From Clostridia bacterium (GTDB taxonomy: Bacteria; Bacillota; Clostridia; Christensenellales; Borkfalkiaceae): a DNA stretch of 64,000 nucleotides. The notes under the pieces were generated by a model. The model made no database searches, was not told where the DNA came from, and worked only from the letters and a program-made list of their open reading frames with translations. This document shows, piece by piece, positions 22,564-31,917 of the stretch; the stretch's first letter is position 1, and each line of letters begins with the position of its first letter. The stretch spans positions 6,005 through 70,004 of the forward strand of contig JAGAKN010000015.1 of assembly GCA_017625565.1 (NCBI GenBank). Direction: 5' to 3'. The position numbers were made by a program, and so were the translations under genes.

Positions 22564-23532
22564 ATGCAAACGTTGTTGCGGAATACTCAAGCGTATAAAC
22601 TCTTGCAAACGGAAGCGAAAAAGGCTTCCCTTTCGCACGCATATCTTTTGCTACTCAACGACGGGCGGAATTTGCGCGAAGCGTTGAAAACGTTCGCAAA
22701 ACTGCTCCTGACGGACGGCGTAGGCGAGAATAGCAAACGTATTGAACGGCTGATTGATAAAGAAAGTTTTGCCGATTGCGTTTTTTTGCCCGAGCCCGAT
22801 AAAAAACTTTCCGTAGACGACGCGGAACGCATTCGCGAAGAGAGCGCGTTCAGTCCCGTTGAAGGCGAGAAAAAACTCTTTGTCATCGGCGATTTTGCAC
22901 AGGCAAACGCGCAGACGCAAAACAAGCTTTTAAAACTCCTGGAAGAACCGCCCAAGGGTGTGATTTTCTTGCTCGGCGCGACCACGGTGTTCCCGATTTT
23001 GTCCACCGTGCTCTCTCGGACGAAGAAACTGGAAATCCAACCATTCGACATGAAAGACTTGCAAACGTGCCTTGCACGCATCTACGGCGATACGTACGAT
23101 CAAAGCACGCTGGAGCTTTGCGCGGCGACTTCCGGCGGTATTCTCGGCGAAGCGCAAAATATCTTGGAAGGCGGATATTATAAAACGCTTTCCGAAAACG
23201 CGTTTGCGTTGGCATTATGCCCCGAAAGCAGGTTGCCTGCAGTCGTCAAACAAATCGGCGAAAGCAAACGCCAAAAAGAATTGCTCGCTTTACTTCGGTT
23301 GATTTTCCGCGACGCGTTGCTACTGAAAACACAACCCCGAGCAACCAAATCCTTATTGTTGCAATCGGAAAAAGCCAACGTACTCGCCGTCAGTAAACAA
23401 TACGGCGCAACGGCGCTTTTGTTCGCGCAAGAAGCGTTGTCGGAGGCGGAAAAACAAATCGCGTTCAACGCGGTATTCCCGCAATGTATCGAGCTTTGTA
23501 TGGCAAAGCTCCGCGCGAAAGCAAATTTATAA
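22564..23532 (+). CDS. holB: DNA polymerase III delta-prime subunit
   Basis: 322 aa. AAA+ clamp-loader fold with a degenerate P-loop (SHAYLLLL), NKLLKLLEEPP motif, followed by yaaT as in Bacillus. Confidence 0.8.
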   Translation: MQTLLRNTQAYKLLQTEAKKASLSHAYLLLLNDGRNLREALKTFAKLLLTDGVGENSKRIERLIDKESFADCVFLPEPDKKLSVDDAERIREESAFSPVEGEKKLFVIGDFAQANAQTQNKLLKLLEEPPKGVIFLLGATTVFPILSTVLSRTKKLEIQPFDMKDLQTCLARIYGDTYDQSTLELCAATSGGILGEAQNILEGGYYKTLSENAFALALCPESRLPAVVKQIGESKRQKELLALLRLIFRDALLLKTQPRATKSLLLQSEKANVLAVSKQYGATALLFAQEALSEAEKQIAFNAVFPQCIELCMAKLRAKANL

Positions 23533-23551
23533 AAACGGATAGGAAACGAAT

Positions 23552-24427
23552 ATGACGAAAGTAGTAGGTATTAAATTTAAAAACGGTGGAAAGCTGTATT
23601 ATTTCGCGCCTAAGCAAGGCGAAGTCTATCAACGGAATATGCCCGTAATCGTGGAAACGGCGCGCGGTGTCGAGTACGCATGGGTTGCGTATCCCGAAAA
23701 AGAAGTAGAAGATGACGAAGTTGTACAACCCTTGAAACCGATTTTGCGGATCGCAACGCAAAAAGATAAGGAGTTTTATGCAGCTTGCGAAGCGAAAAAA
23801 CCCAAAACAATACAAATTTGCAAGGAAAAAATTGCTGCACACGGCTTGGAAATGAAACTCGTCGACTGCGAGTTTGCGATGGACGGAAACAAAATTTCTT
23901 TCTATTTCACGTCCGCAAACCGTGTGGATTTTAGAGAGCTTGTCAAAGATCTCGCCGCCACTTTCCATTGTCGGATCGAATTGCGACAGGTCGGCACGCG
24001 CGACGAAACCAAATACTTGGGCGGGCTTGCTCCCTGCGGTCGCGTTTGCTGTTGCGCAGGCAATATGCCGGAATTTAAAAAAGTCAGCGTACGTATGGCA
24101 AAGGCGCAAGGCTTGTCCTTGAACCCCGGGAAAATTAGCGGACTTTGCGGACGGTTGATGTGTTGTTTGAGCTACGAAAACGACTACTACGTAGAAGTGG
24201 GCAAAAAGATGCCGAAAGTCGGCTCGGAAGTAGGTACGCCCGACGGGAAAGCGACGGTAGCGGCCTTGGATATGTTGCGTATGCAAGTCAGGGTAAAAAT
24301 GGACGACAACAACGGCGGTTGGATTTTTAAGGACTTCCCCCTTGCGGACGTGCGGTTCCGTAAAGCGAACGTCCAGCCTGAAAAGGAAAACGCGGACGAC
24401 GACGCGGATTTTCTTCCGAATTCGTAA
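23552..24427 (+). CDS. yaaT: PSP1-domain protein YaaT/RicT (stage 0 sporulation protein)
   Basis: 291 aa. PSP1 domain with a Cys cluster (CGRVCCC..., GLCGRLMCCL). Confidence 0.85.
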   Translation: MTKVVGIKFKNGGKLYYFAPKQGEVYQRNMPVIVETARGVEYAWVAYPEKEVEDDEVVQPLKPILRIATQKDKEFYAACEAKKPKTIQICKEKIAAHGLEMKLVDCEFAMDGNKISFYFTSANRVDFRELVKDLAATFHCRIELRQVGTRDETKYLGGLAPCGRVCCCAGNMPEFKKVSVRMAKAQGLSLNPGKISGLCGRLMCCLSYENDYYVEVGKKMPKVGSEVGTPDGKATVAALDMLRMQVRVKMDDNNGGWIFKDFPLADVRFRKANVQPEKENADDDADFLPNS

Positions 24428-24440
24428 AGAAAAATGGATT

Positions 24441-24472
24441 AAACGGCGTGGTACCTACCACGCCGTTTCTTT
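24441..24472 (+). terminator. Rho-independent terminator
   Basis: AAACGGCGTGG / CCACGCCGTTT stem followed by a T-rich tail. Confidence 0.8.
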
Positions 24473-24539
24473 ATTTCCTAAACTGAAAAATTACTTACGT
24501 TAATCAACATTAGCCCCCACAAAGAGCGCCGTCATTCCG

Positions 24540-25214
24540 TTATTCTGCTTTCTCCTTCTCTTGCTCTACTTCCTCCACGCCGAGCGTTTCGTCTTGCGCC
24601 ACACGGATTACCGAGCCGATCTTCCGCAACACGTCGTCCTTGCCATAGCCCGTTTCCGAGCTCGTCGCAAGCAAATTGCTTTGCCCTAAGTACAAGTCCG
24701 CGGCAATCGCGCGCAAATGCTCTTTGAGTTTCATTTTCGACAACTTGTCCGCTTTTGTCAACACGACCGTGAACGGCAAGATATGGAAATTTAAAAACTG
24801 CATCATTTGCACGTCGTCCGCCGTGGGATCGTGCCGTGCGTCCACCAGCATAAACACGTGCGAAATCTTCTCTTTGTCCTTGAAAAACTGATCGAGCGTT
24901 TTCGCCCACTTCGCTTTCTCCGTCTTGGAAACGCGCGCAAACCCGTAGCCGGGTAAATCCGCCAAAACAAACTCCCCAAAGTCGAAATAATTGACAAGTC
25001 GCGTTCGCCCTGGTTCACTACTCGTTTTCGCCAACTTTTTACGGTTCGCAAGCATATTGATAAACGAGCTTTTCCCAACGTTCGATTTTCCGCACACCGC
25101 AATCATCGGTTTTTCGGGCGTAATAAACTGCTCCGCGCGCGCCGCCGAAGTAATAAACGTCGCGTTCTTGATCACGAATGGCTTTTCCTGTTTTTCCTGT
25201 TTCATCTCGTACAT
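24540..25214 (-). CDS. engB: Ribosome-biogenesis GTPase EngB/YsxC
   Basis: 224 aa. G1 motif GKSNVGKSS, DLPGYG. Lies downstream of lon, as in B. subtilis. Confidence 0.9.
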   Translation of the reverse strand: MYEMKQEKQEKPFVIKNATFITSAARAEQFITPEKPMIAVCGKSNVGKSSFINMLANRKKLAKTSSEPGRTRLVNYFDFGEFVLADLPGYGFARVSKTEKAKWAKTLDQFFKDKEKISHVFMLVDARHDPTADDVQMMQFLNFHILPFTVVLTKADKLSKMKLKEHLRAIAADLYLGQSNLLATSSETGYGKDDVLRKIGSVIRVAQDETLGVEEVEQEKEKAE

Positions 25215-25235
25215 GGTACTTTCCTTTTGCCTATA

Positions 25236-27671
25236 TTACATACAACGCACGCCGTTGTGTTCCTCATTTTCCGCAGGAATTACGGGCATTCTCTTGGGTT
25301 TTTGCGCCCGTTTTTTAGGTGGACGCGGTTTTTCGCAGTTTTCTCCGCCAAAAACCCATTCGAACACTTCGTCGACGTTCGCTACGGGGATAAACCGTAT
25401 TTCTAAGCGTACGACTTCAGGGAGTTCCGCAACGTCCCGCTCGTTGTCTTTGGGGATAAGCACCGTCTTAATCCCCACTCGTCTTGCAGCGAGCGCCTTT
25501 TCTTTCAATCCCCCGATCGGCAATACCTTTCCACGCAAGGTGATCTCGCCCGTCATCGCCACGTCGCCACGCGCTTCCCGTTCCGTCAACGCCGACAAAA
25601 TCGCGCTCGCGATCGTGATCCCTGCGCTGGGCCCGTCCTTAGGCGTTGCGCCTTCGGGAACGTGCACGTGCACGTCTGTTTTGGCGAACATTTCGGGATC
25701 AAGCCCGTATTTTTCGGCATGCGCACGGATATACGTCAAGGCGGTGAGCGCCGATTCTTTCATGACGTCGCCGAGTTTCCCCGTCAACTTCACTTCACCC
25801 TTACCCTGCATTTTCACCGCTTCTACGACAAGCGTCGTTCCGCCTACCGCCGTCCAAGCCAAGCCCGTGACCGCGCCGATTTCCTGTTGGAAACGCGTTT
25901 CGTCGATTTTGAACTTGGGCGCGCCGAGCAATTCTTCCACTTTTTGCGCGTCTACCGTCACACAAGCAAGCTGTTTATTTTCCGCGTACTTTACGGCGAT
26001 TTTACGACACAACGTCCCCACCGTACGCTCCAGCGTACGCACACCTGCTTCCTTGGTATACCCTTCAATCGCCATTCGAATCCCGTCTTCCGTGAACGTC
26101 ATATGGTTGTCCGTCAACCCGTTCGCCACGAGTTGTTTGGGCGCAAGATATCTTCTCGCGATCTCCGTCTTTTCTTCCATCGTGTAGCCGGAAACTTCGA
26201 TAATTTCCATTCTGTCGCGCAAGGGCGCAGGAATGGTTTCCAGCGTGTTCGCCGTCGTGATGAACAACACTTTGCTCAAATCGTACGGGTATTCGATAAA
26301 CCGATCTCGGAAAGTCGCGTTTTGCTCGGGATCGAGCACTTCCAACAACGCCCCTGCAGGATCGCCGTGCATATCCGAAGTGATTTTGTCGATTTCGTCG
26401 AGCAGGAACACGGGATTGATCGAGCCTGCATTTTTCATTCCGTACATGATCCGTCCAGGCATAGCCCCGATATACGTCCGTCTATGCCCACGGATTTCCG
26501 CTTCATCTTTGACGCCACCAAGGCTCATTCTCACGAATTTCCGTCCCAAAGCGCGCGCAACCGATTGTGCAATACTCGTTTTCCCCACCCCAGGAGGTCC
26601 TACGAAACACAAAATCGGGGCTTTCATATTCCCAGTCAATTTCAACACAGCAAGGTATTCGGTGATGCGTTCCTTGATTTTTTCCAGCCCGTAATGATCG
26701 GCTTCTAACACCGCGGAGCAATCGGTCAACAGCTCCGTATCCGTCGTTTCTTCCGTCCACGGCAACGCGAGCACTTGCTCTAAATATCCGCTAATGACGG
26801 TATATTCAGGCGACGACGGTTGCATTTTGCCCATTCTATCAATTTCTTTTAAGCACTTTTCTTCCAGCTTTTCGGGCAATTTTTTCGCAAGGATTTTTTC
26901 ACGGTATTCGTCTTCTTCCTTGCCGTCGTCCCCAAGCTCTTTATGAATGGCTTTCAACTGTTCGCGCAAGAAGTATTCCTTTTGCGATTGATCGATATTT
27001 TGCCGAACGGTGGAGGCGATTTTCTTCTCGATTTTGGAAATTTCCAGCTCGTCGTTCAAACAACGTTCGAACAATTTTAAGCGTTCGATCGTGCGCGCTT
27101 CTTCCAAAATGGCTTGTTTCACGTCCAAACGCACGCGCATAGCCGTCACCGCAACGTCCACGTACTCTTCGGCGCTTGAAATCCGTTCCAGCTTGTTATA
27201 CGTTTCCTTAGCAATTTTCCCGTCCGTCGCCAAAACGTCTTTCAGGAGCGCTTTTGCGGTACGGAAATAAGCTTCTTCCAACACTTCGTCGCCGTGCACG
27301 GACGGAATTTCGTCGGCTACGGCATAATAATACCCGCCGTTTTCGTCCATCGTAATCCGACGGGCACGGGCGCGATACAGCCCTTCACAAAGCACGCGCA
27401 TTGCTCCGCCTGCAAGTTGCGCCACCTGTTTAATACGCGCAACACAACCCACCGTGTACAAATCGTCGGCGGTGATTTCGTCTTTCTCCGTTTGTTTTTG
27501 TGCACAAATCAAAACCAGCCGATCGCTATTCGATGCGTAATCGACGGCTTTCAAGGTCATTTCCCGTCCTACTTCAAAAGAAATATTCGTATGCGGAAAC
27601 GCCACTTTCCCACGCAAAGGCACGACGGATAAAATATTCGTTTTTTTGTTTTCGTTGAGTTCTTTTTCCAT
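25236..27671 (-). CDS. lon: ATP-dependent Lon protease
   Basis: 811 aa. LON N-domain, Walker A GPPGVGKTS, catalytic PKDGPSAG. Confidence 0.97.
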   Translation of the reverse strand: MEKELNENKKTNILSVVPLRGKVAFPHTNISFEVGREMTLKAVDYASNSDRLVLICAQKQTEKDEITADDLYTVGCVARIKQVAQLAGGAMRVLCEGLYRARARRITMDENGGYYYAVADEIPSVHGDEVLEEAYFRTAKALLKDVLATDGKIAKETYNKLERISSAEEYVDVAVTAMRVRLDVKQAILEEARTIERLKLFERCLNDELEISKIEKKIASTVRQNIDQSQKEYFLREQLKAIHKELGDDGKEEDEYREKILAKKLPEKLEEKCLKEIDRMGKMQPSSPEYTVISGYLEQVLALPWTEETTDTELLTDCSAVLEADHYGLEKIKERITEYLAVLKLTGNMKAPILCFVGPPGVGKTSIAQSVARALGRKFVRMSLGGVKDEAEIRGHRRTYIGAMPGRIMYGMKNAGSINPVFLLDEIDKITSDMHGDPAGALLEVLDPEQNATFRDRFIEYPYDLSKVLFITTANTLETIPAPLRDRMEIIEVSGYTMEEKTEIARRYLAPKQLVANGLTDNHMTFTEDGIRMAIEGYTKEAGVRTLERTVGTLCRKIAVKYAENKQLACVTVDAQKVEELLGAPKFKIDETRFQQEIGAVTGLAWTAVGGTTLVVEAVKMQGKGEVKLTGKLGDVMKESALTALTYIRAHAEKYGLDPEMFAKTDVHVHVPEGATPKDGPSAGITIASAILSALTEREARGDVAMTGEITLRGKVLPIGGLKEKALAARRVGIKTVLIPKDNERDVAELPEVVRLEIRFIPVANVDEVFEWVFGGENCEKPRPPKKRAQKPKRMPVIPAENEEHNGVRCM

Positions 27672-27722
27672 ATATTTATTTTTACCCTTTTTTTTGCCCG
27701 ATTAAACAAGCGAATTTTAGAG

Positions 27723-27752
27723 AAAAACGGGCGGAACACTTTCCACCCGTTT
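27723..27752 (-). terminator. Rho-independent terminator after the BY-kinase gene
   Basis: Minus strand AACGGGTGG ... CCGCCCGTT stem followed by TTTTT. Confidence 0.65.
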
Positions 27753-27769
27753 CGTCGTTTCCGTTCGGA

Positions 27770-28549
27770 TTATTTGGATTTTCTCGCCGAGTCGTAATAA
27801 TAACTGTACCCGTCGTGTTCCCTTTGTCTACGCGCGTCTTTATAACCGTTAACAATCGCGCCGAGCACGTTGACTTTTGCAAATCTTAACAACTCCAATT
27901 CCCGTTCGATATCCCGCAAATAGGTCGTTTCATGTCGAGCAACGATTACCGCACCGTCCGTATACGGAGCAACCGCCAACGCGTCCGACAAAATCAAAAT
28001 GGGCGGAGTGTCGATAATGACGTAATCGTATTCTTTCCGCAAACGTTCGATCAATTCTTTCATTTGATCGCTTTCCAACAATTCGTACGGTCTCGGGGGA
28101 TGCGTCCCACAAGCAATATACGAGAGGTTTTCATTGATAGGCGAAACGCGGACTGTGTCTTCATAGCTGATTTGCCCGGACAAATATTCGGACAATCCTT
28201 TCTTGTGGGTTGCACGGAAGAATTTCGCAATTTGTCCCCGACGCATATCGACGTCTACGATTACGACTTTCAAATTGGAAAGCGCAAACATCGACGCAAG
28301 ATTCACGGCAACCATCGTTTTCCCTGCGTACGGATACGCCGACGCGACGAAAATCGCTTTTCCGCCTTCTGTTTTCGGTACGGCTACGGAGAGCGCGACC
28401 TTGATACTACGGAAAGCTTCTCTTACGCTCGGCGGAGAGTTCTCGTCGACTAAATATTCCGTTCTTTGCGAGAGTTGTTGTATTCTTTTCGAATCTTTAT
28501 ACGCACGTTTTTCGTCTCTGCGGCGACGGATTTCCTTTAAAAATTTCAT
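27770..28549 (-). CDS. CpsD/CapB-type bacterial tyrosine (BY) kinase
   Basis: 259 aa. Walker A SAYPYAGKT, Walker A' VVIVDVDMRR, C-terminal Tyr cluster DGYSYYYD. ATGA overlap with the upstream Wzz gene. Confidence 0.85.
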   Translation of the reverse strand: MKFLKEIRRRRDEKRAYKDSKRIQQLSQRTEYLVDENSPPSVREAFRSIKVALSVAVPKTEGGKAIFVASAYPYAGKTMVAVNLASMFALSNLKVVIVDVDMRRGQIAKFFRATHKKGLSEYLSGQISYEDTVRVSPINENLSYIACGTHPPRPYELLESDQMKELIERLRKEYDYVIIDTPPILILSDALAVAPYTDGAVIVARHETTYLRDIERELELLRFAKVNVLGAIVNGYKDARRQREHDGYSYYYDSARKSK

Positions 28550-29415
28550 TGCTTGTCCTCCGTTTCACGTTCCTCAACGGTTTTATTCGCAAGAGTTGCG
28601 TCCCCGATCAATGGAATAATCCCTAACAGGGGAATATTGAATCTCTTTTGTATAACGTCCGTATCGCGAAGACGTTTGTCTGCGCGATCCAACAAAATGA
28701 CGACGACGCACGCAACTACCCCCGACGCAAACGCGAACAAGAACGCGTATTTAATGATTTGTGATCTCATATAACCAGGGTTCAGCAACACGATCGAATT
28801 CAACGGCGTGATGTTCAAGCAGTTCGTTTCTAAGTTGTCTTTTTCTTCCAAGTAGATCTTTGTTTCTACGTATTTAGGCACTTCTTCGTTGATCCGTTGC
28901 AACAAGTTTGTCGCAAACGCTTCGTCCCTCAAAACGTTGATTTTTACAAAGAAGAAACTGTAATATTTCGCAGCGGTCGTCTTCTCATCCGCAGCCGTCT
29001 TATAATAGAAGTCCACCGCCTTTTGAATACGGGAAACGTACGCCTTATACCCTGCTTGATACGAGCCGTCCGCATTCTTTTGCGGAGCGCCTTCCATTCC
29101 TGCCATCAAGGTTTCCGCAAAGTCTTGCGAAGACAATAAGCGTACCACCGCGTTTAACACGTTTTCACCATACGCGCCACTTACCTTATACGGATCGTCA
29201 TCTTCACCCGTGGTCGGCGTTCTGGGATTGATAAAGAATTCGATCGTCGTACCGTAATAATCTACGTCTTTCGACTTCCAAGCCGCAAGCGCACCGCCGA
29301 AAACACCGCCGATGATAACAACCAGCAAAAGGATATACACCTTTTTAAGCAAAAGTCTCACCAGGCCTACTATGCTGATACTACTGGTTTCTTGTACATT
29401 TTCGTCCATATACAT
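28546..29415 (-). CDS. Wzz/CpsC-type polysaccharide co-polymerase (BY-kinase transmembrane modulator)
   Basis: Start set at the ATG 29415 (AAAGGAAG RBS; the longer ORF would overlap the DeoR gene). N- and C-terminal TM helices flank an extracytoplasmic domain. Confidence 0.75.
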   Translation of the reverse strand: MYMDENVQETSSISIVGLVRLLLKKVYILLLVVIIGGVFGGALAAWKSKDVDYYGTTIEFFINPRTPTTGEDDDPYKVSGAYGENVLNAVVRLLSSQDFAETLMAGMEGAPQKNADGSYQAGYKAYVSRIQKAVDFYYKTAADEKTTAAKYYSFFFVKINVLRDEAFATNLLQRINEEVPKYVETKIYLEEKDNLETNCLNITPLNSIVLLNPGYMRSQIIKYAFLFAFASGVVACVVVILLDRADKRLRDTDVIQKRFNIPLLGIIPLIGDATLANKTVEERETEDKQ

Positions 29416-29507
29416 TTCACTTCCTTTCCCTTCGCAGGGTTTGTGTCCATTATTATAACATCTTTTTTTATAAATGTAAAGCGTTTCGTAAAAAAAACAA
29501 AATTTTC

Positions 29508-30245
29508 CTATACTTTTACAAATTGCGTGTCGGGATATTTTTTCTTGACTTCTTCCGAAAATTCGTGGTCGCTGATTACACAAAATAAATCGGAAAAACT
29601 CATTCCGAACGACTTCGCGCGACGGGAAAGATCCAACTTCCCACCGTCCACCAAATAATACGCCTTACGGGAATTTTGCGCCATCAATTTGTGCATAAAC
29701 GCCGAATTCAACATTCCGTCTTCCGAACAATACCCCGATGAAAAGAAACATCGATCCACGCGGTATTTCATAATGTTTTCTAGCATTACTTCTCCACCGA
29801 GCATAGACGGCGGTTCTACCACCCGTCCCCCTAGACAAATCGCGGTGATCCCATATTCGCTCAATTTCCCAAGTAGCGTCATATTGTTGGATACAACGGT
29901 AAGATTTTTTTTCGTCGACAAAAATTCCGCCATATACTCCGTCGTCGTCGACGAATCCATAAAAATCATGTCCCCGTCGCGAACGAACTCCGACGCCTTT
30001 TTCGCAATTTTTAATTTCGCCGAACGCATTATTAAATAGCGGAATTTCAACGGCGTACCCTGCATTTCAACGTATTCCACACCACCGTACGTGCGCTTGA
30101 TTTGCTTTTGTTTTTCTAAAATGTTCAAGTCCCGATTGATCGTCGCGTTGCTGTAATGCAAACTCTCTACCAAGAACTTCACCGTCACGTATCCGTTGCG
30201 TTTTACAATTTGTAAAATTTGATCTAACCGTTCCTTTTGATACAT
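29508..30245 (-). CDS. DeoR/GlpR-family transcriptional regulator
   Basis: 245 aa. N-terminal wHTH (RLDQILQIVKRNGYVTVKFLVESLHYSNATINRDLN) and a DeoR C-terminal sensor domain. Confidence 0.85.
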   Translation of the reverse strand: MYQKERLDQILQIVKRNGYVTVKFLVESLHYSNATINRDLNILEKQKQIKRTYGGVEYVEMQGTPLKFRYLIMRSAKLKIAKKASEFVRDGDMIFMDSSTTTEYMAEFLSTKKNLTVVSNNMTLLGKLSEYGITAICLGGRVVEPPSMLGGEVMLENIMKYRVDRCFFSSGYCSEDGMLNSAFMHKLMAQNSRKAYYLVDGGKLDLSRRAKSFGMSFSDLFCVISDHEFSEEVKKKYPDTQFVKV

Positions 30246-30311
30246 ACCTTCCCCTTTATTTTGTGAGAATTGTTGAGAAATTTGAATAAAACTTTCTCGC
30301 GATTACGTTGA

Positions 30312-30339
30312 TTGACTTTTCTTAAAAAGCTACTATAAT
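30312..30339 (+). promoter_or_regulatory. Sigma-A-type promoter for the MATE transporter gene
   Basis: TTGACT, 16 nt spacer, TATAAT. Confidence 0.55.
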
Positions 30340-30372
30340 TATACTTATAAAATAAATTGTTGTCAAGGAAGT

Positions 30373-31800
30373 ATGGCTATGAAAGACTTGACGAAAGGCA
30401 ATATTTATAAAAATTTCTTCCTGTTTGGCATTCCGATGATTCTTGCGGGGTTGTTGTCGACAAGCTATGGGCTAGTGGACTCCGCCATCGCGGGGAAATT
30501 TATCGGGGAGCACGCGCTCGCCGCAACGGGCTCGGTTAGCGCGTTGATTACGTTTACAAACTCGATTTTTTGGGGTTTCACGACGGGCTTTTCCATTTAC
30601 GTCGCAAAATTATTCGGCGCGAAGGACTATAAGAAAATCAAATCATCCGTGTACTCCATGCTCATTTTCACGGCGATCGTCGCCGGGGCGTTGAGCGCAG
30701 GAATGATCGTCTTTTACAAACCGTTGTTCCGTTTGTTAAACGTCCACGAAAGCCTTTGGGACGAAACGTTCAAATATTATCTCGTCATCGTCATCGGACA
30801 ATATTTTCTCGTATCCACAAACACGGGCGCGGTGCTGATGAACGCCATGGGGATTAGCAGTTTTACGTTTTATATGTCGCTAATTTCCGCCGTAGGGAAC
30901 GTTGGGGGGAACTTACTTTTCGTGCTTGTATTCCATACGGGCGTCGAAGGGTTGGCGATTGCGTCCGTGCTCTCCTCTCTTGCGGTTGATCTTTGCTATT
31001 TTATCAAATTCCGATCTTGCTTAAAAGAAATGGGGATTGCGAAAGAATCTTGGTGTTTTAGCATAACTGCTATGAAAGATTCCTTTGCCTATTCCGTGCC
31101 GAATACGATACAACAGCTCGTCATGTATCTCGCACCGTTTACCGTTACGCCATACTTAAACCAACTCGGCCCGTCGGCTACGGCGGGGGCGTCTATCGGG
31201 ACGAAAGTGCAAAGCGTTTTCACAACGGTATACGGAAATTCGTCGCGCGTAGTCGGGAACTACGTCGCACAATGCGTCGGCAAAAAACAATATAAGAAAA
31301 TGAAAAAGGGCGCTTTTGCAGGGCTTTTACAAGGGATCGTCTTGTCCACGCCTTTCTACCTCGCAACACTTCTTTTCCGAAATCCGCTTTGTTCGTTGTT
31401 TTTAAACGCAGATGCAACCGCCATCACACGGGAATACGCCCTGCTATTTGTAGAAAAATATTTGATCTTCTGTTATTTCCATCTCCTTGCCAACTTGGCG
31501 CACGGCTTCTTCCGTGGAGCAAAGGCTATGGGGCATTTGTTCTTCAGTACGTTGGCAGGCTCGGTTGCTCGATACCTGTTTACGGTAGCACTCGTTTCGT
31601 TATACGACATCGACGGTTTTTATATCGGGATTGCAGCGGCATGGTTGGTAGACGCAATCGTTTGCTTGACGTTGTATTTCTTGGGATATTGGAATCCTGA
31701 GAAAATCGAACGATTAAAAGCCAAGCGCCAAGCCAAAAAACGCGCGGTTTTGCCCACCGAAGAAGAAGTTGCCACGCCCAATGACGAACAATCCGCTTAA
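30373..31800 (+). CDS. MATE-family efflux transporter
   Basis: 475 aa, 12 TM segments, N-terminus FFLFGIPMILAGLL typical of MATE. Confidence 0.9.
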   Translation: MAMKDLTKGNIYKNFFLFGIPMILAGLLSTSYGLVDSAIAGKFIGEHALAATGSVSALITFTNSIFWGFTTGFSIYVAKLFGAKDYKKIKSSVYSMLIFTAIVAGALSAGMIVFYKPLFRLLNVHESLWDETFKYYLVIVIGQYFLVSTNTGAVLMNAMGISSFTFYMSLISAVGNVGGNLLFVLVFHTGVEGLAIASVLSSLAVDLCYFIKFRSCLKEMGIAKESWCFSITAMKDSFAYSVPNTIQQLVMYLAPFTVTPYLNQLGPSATAGASIGTKVQSVFTTVYGNSSRVVGNYVAQCVGKKQYKKMKKGAFAGLLQGIVLSTPFYLATLLFRNPLCSLFLNADATAITREYALLFVEKYLIFCYFHLLANLAHGFFRGAKAMGHLFFSTLAGSVARYLFTVALVSLYDIDGFYIGIAAAWLVDAIVCLTLYFLGYWNPEKIERLKAKRQAKKRAVLPTEEEVATPNDEQSA

Positions 31801-31917
31801 ATATAAGAGTTCGATTTCTACGTCTAACGGCTCGATAGGAAAATAAACCAAAAAATACACGATAAACAACTGCCCCGCGAATTTCGCGGGGCGGTTGTGT
31901 GTTCAAAATCTTTCTTT

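Noticed and set aside
24991-26708. Two long plus-strand ORFs (398 and 348 aa)
   Set aside because: Both are antisense to lon and show no family resemblance.
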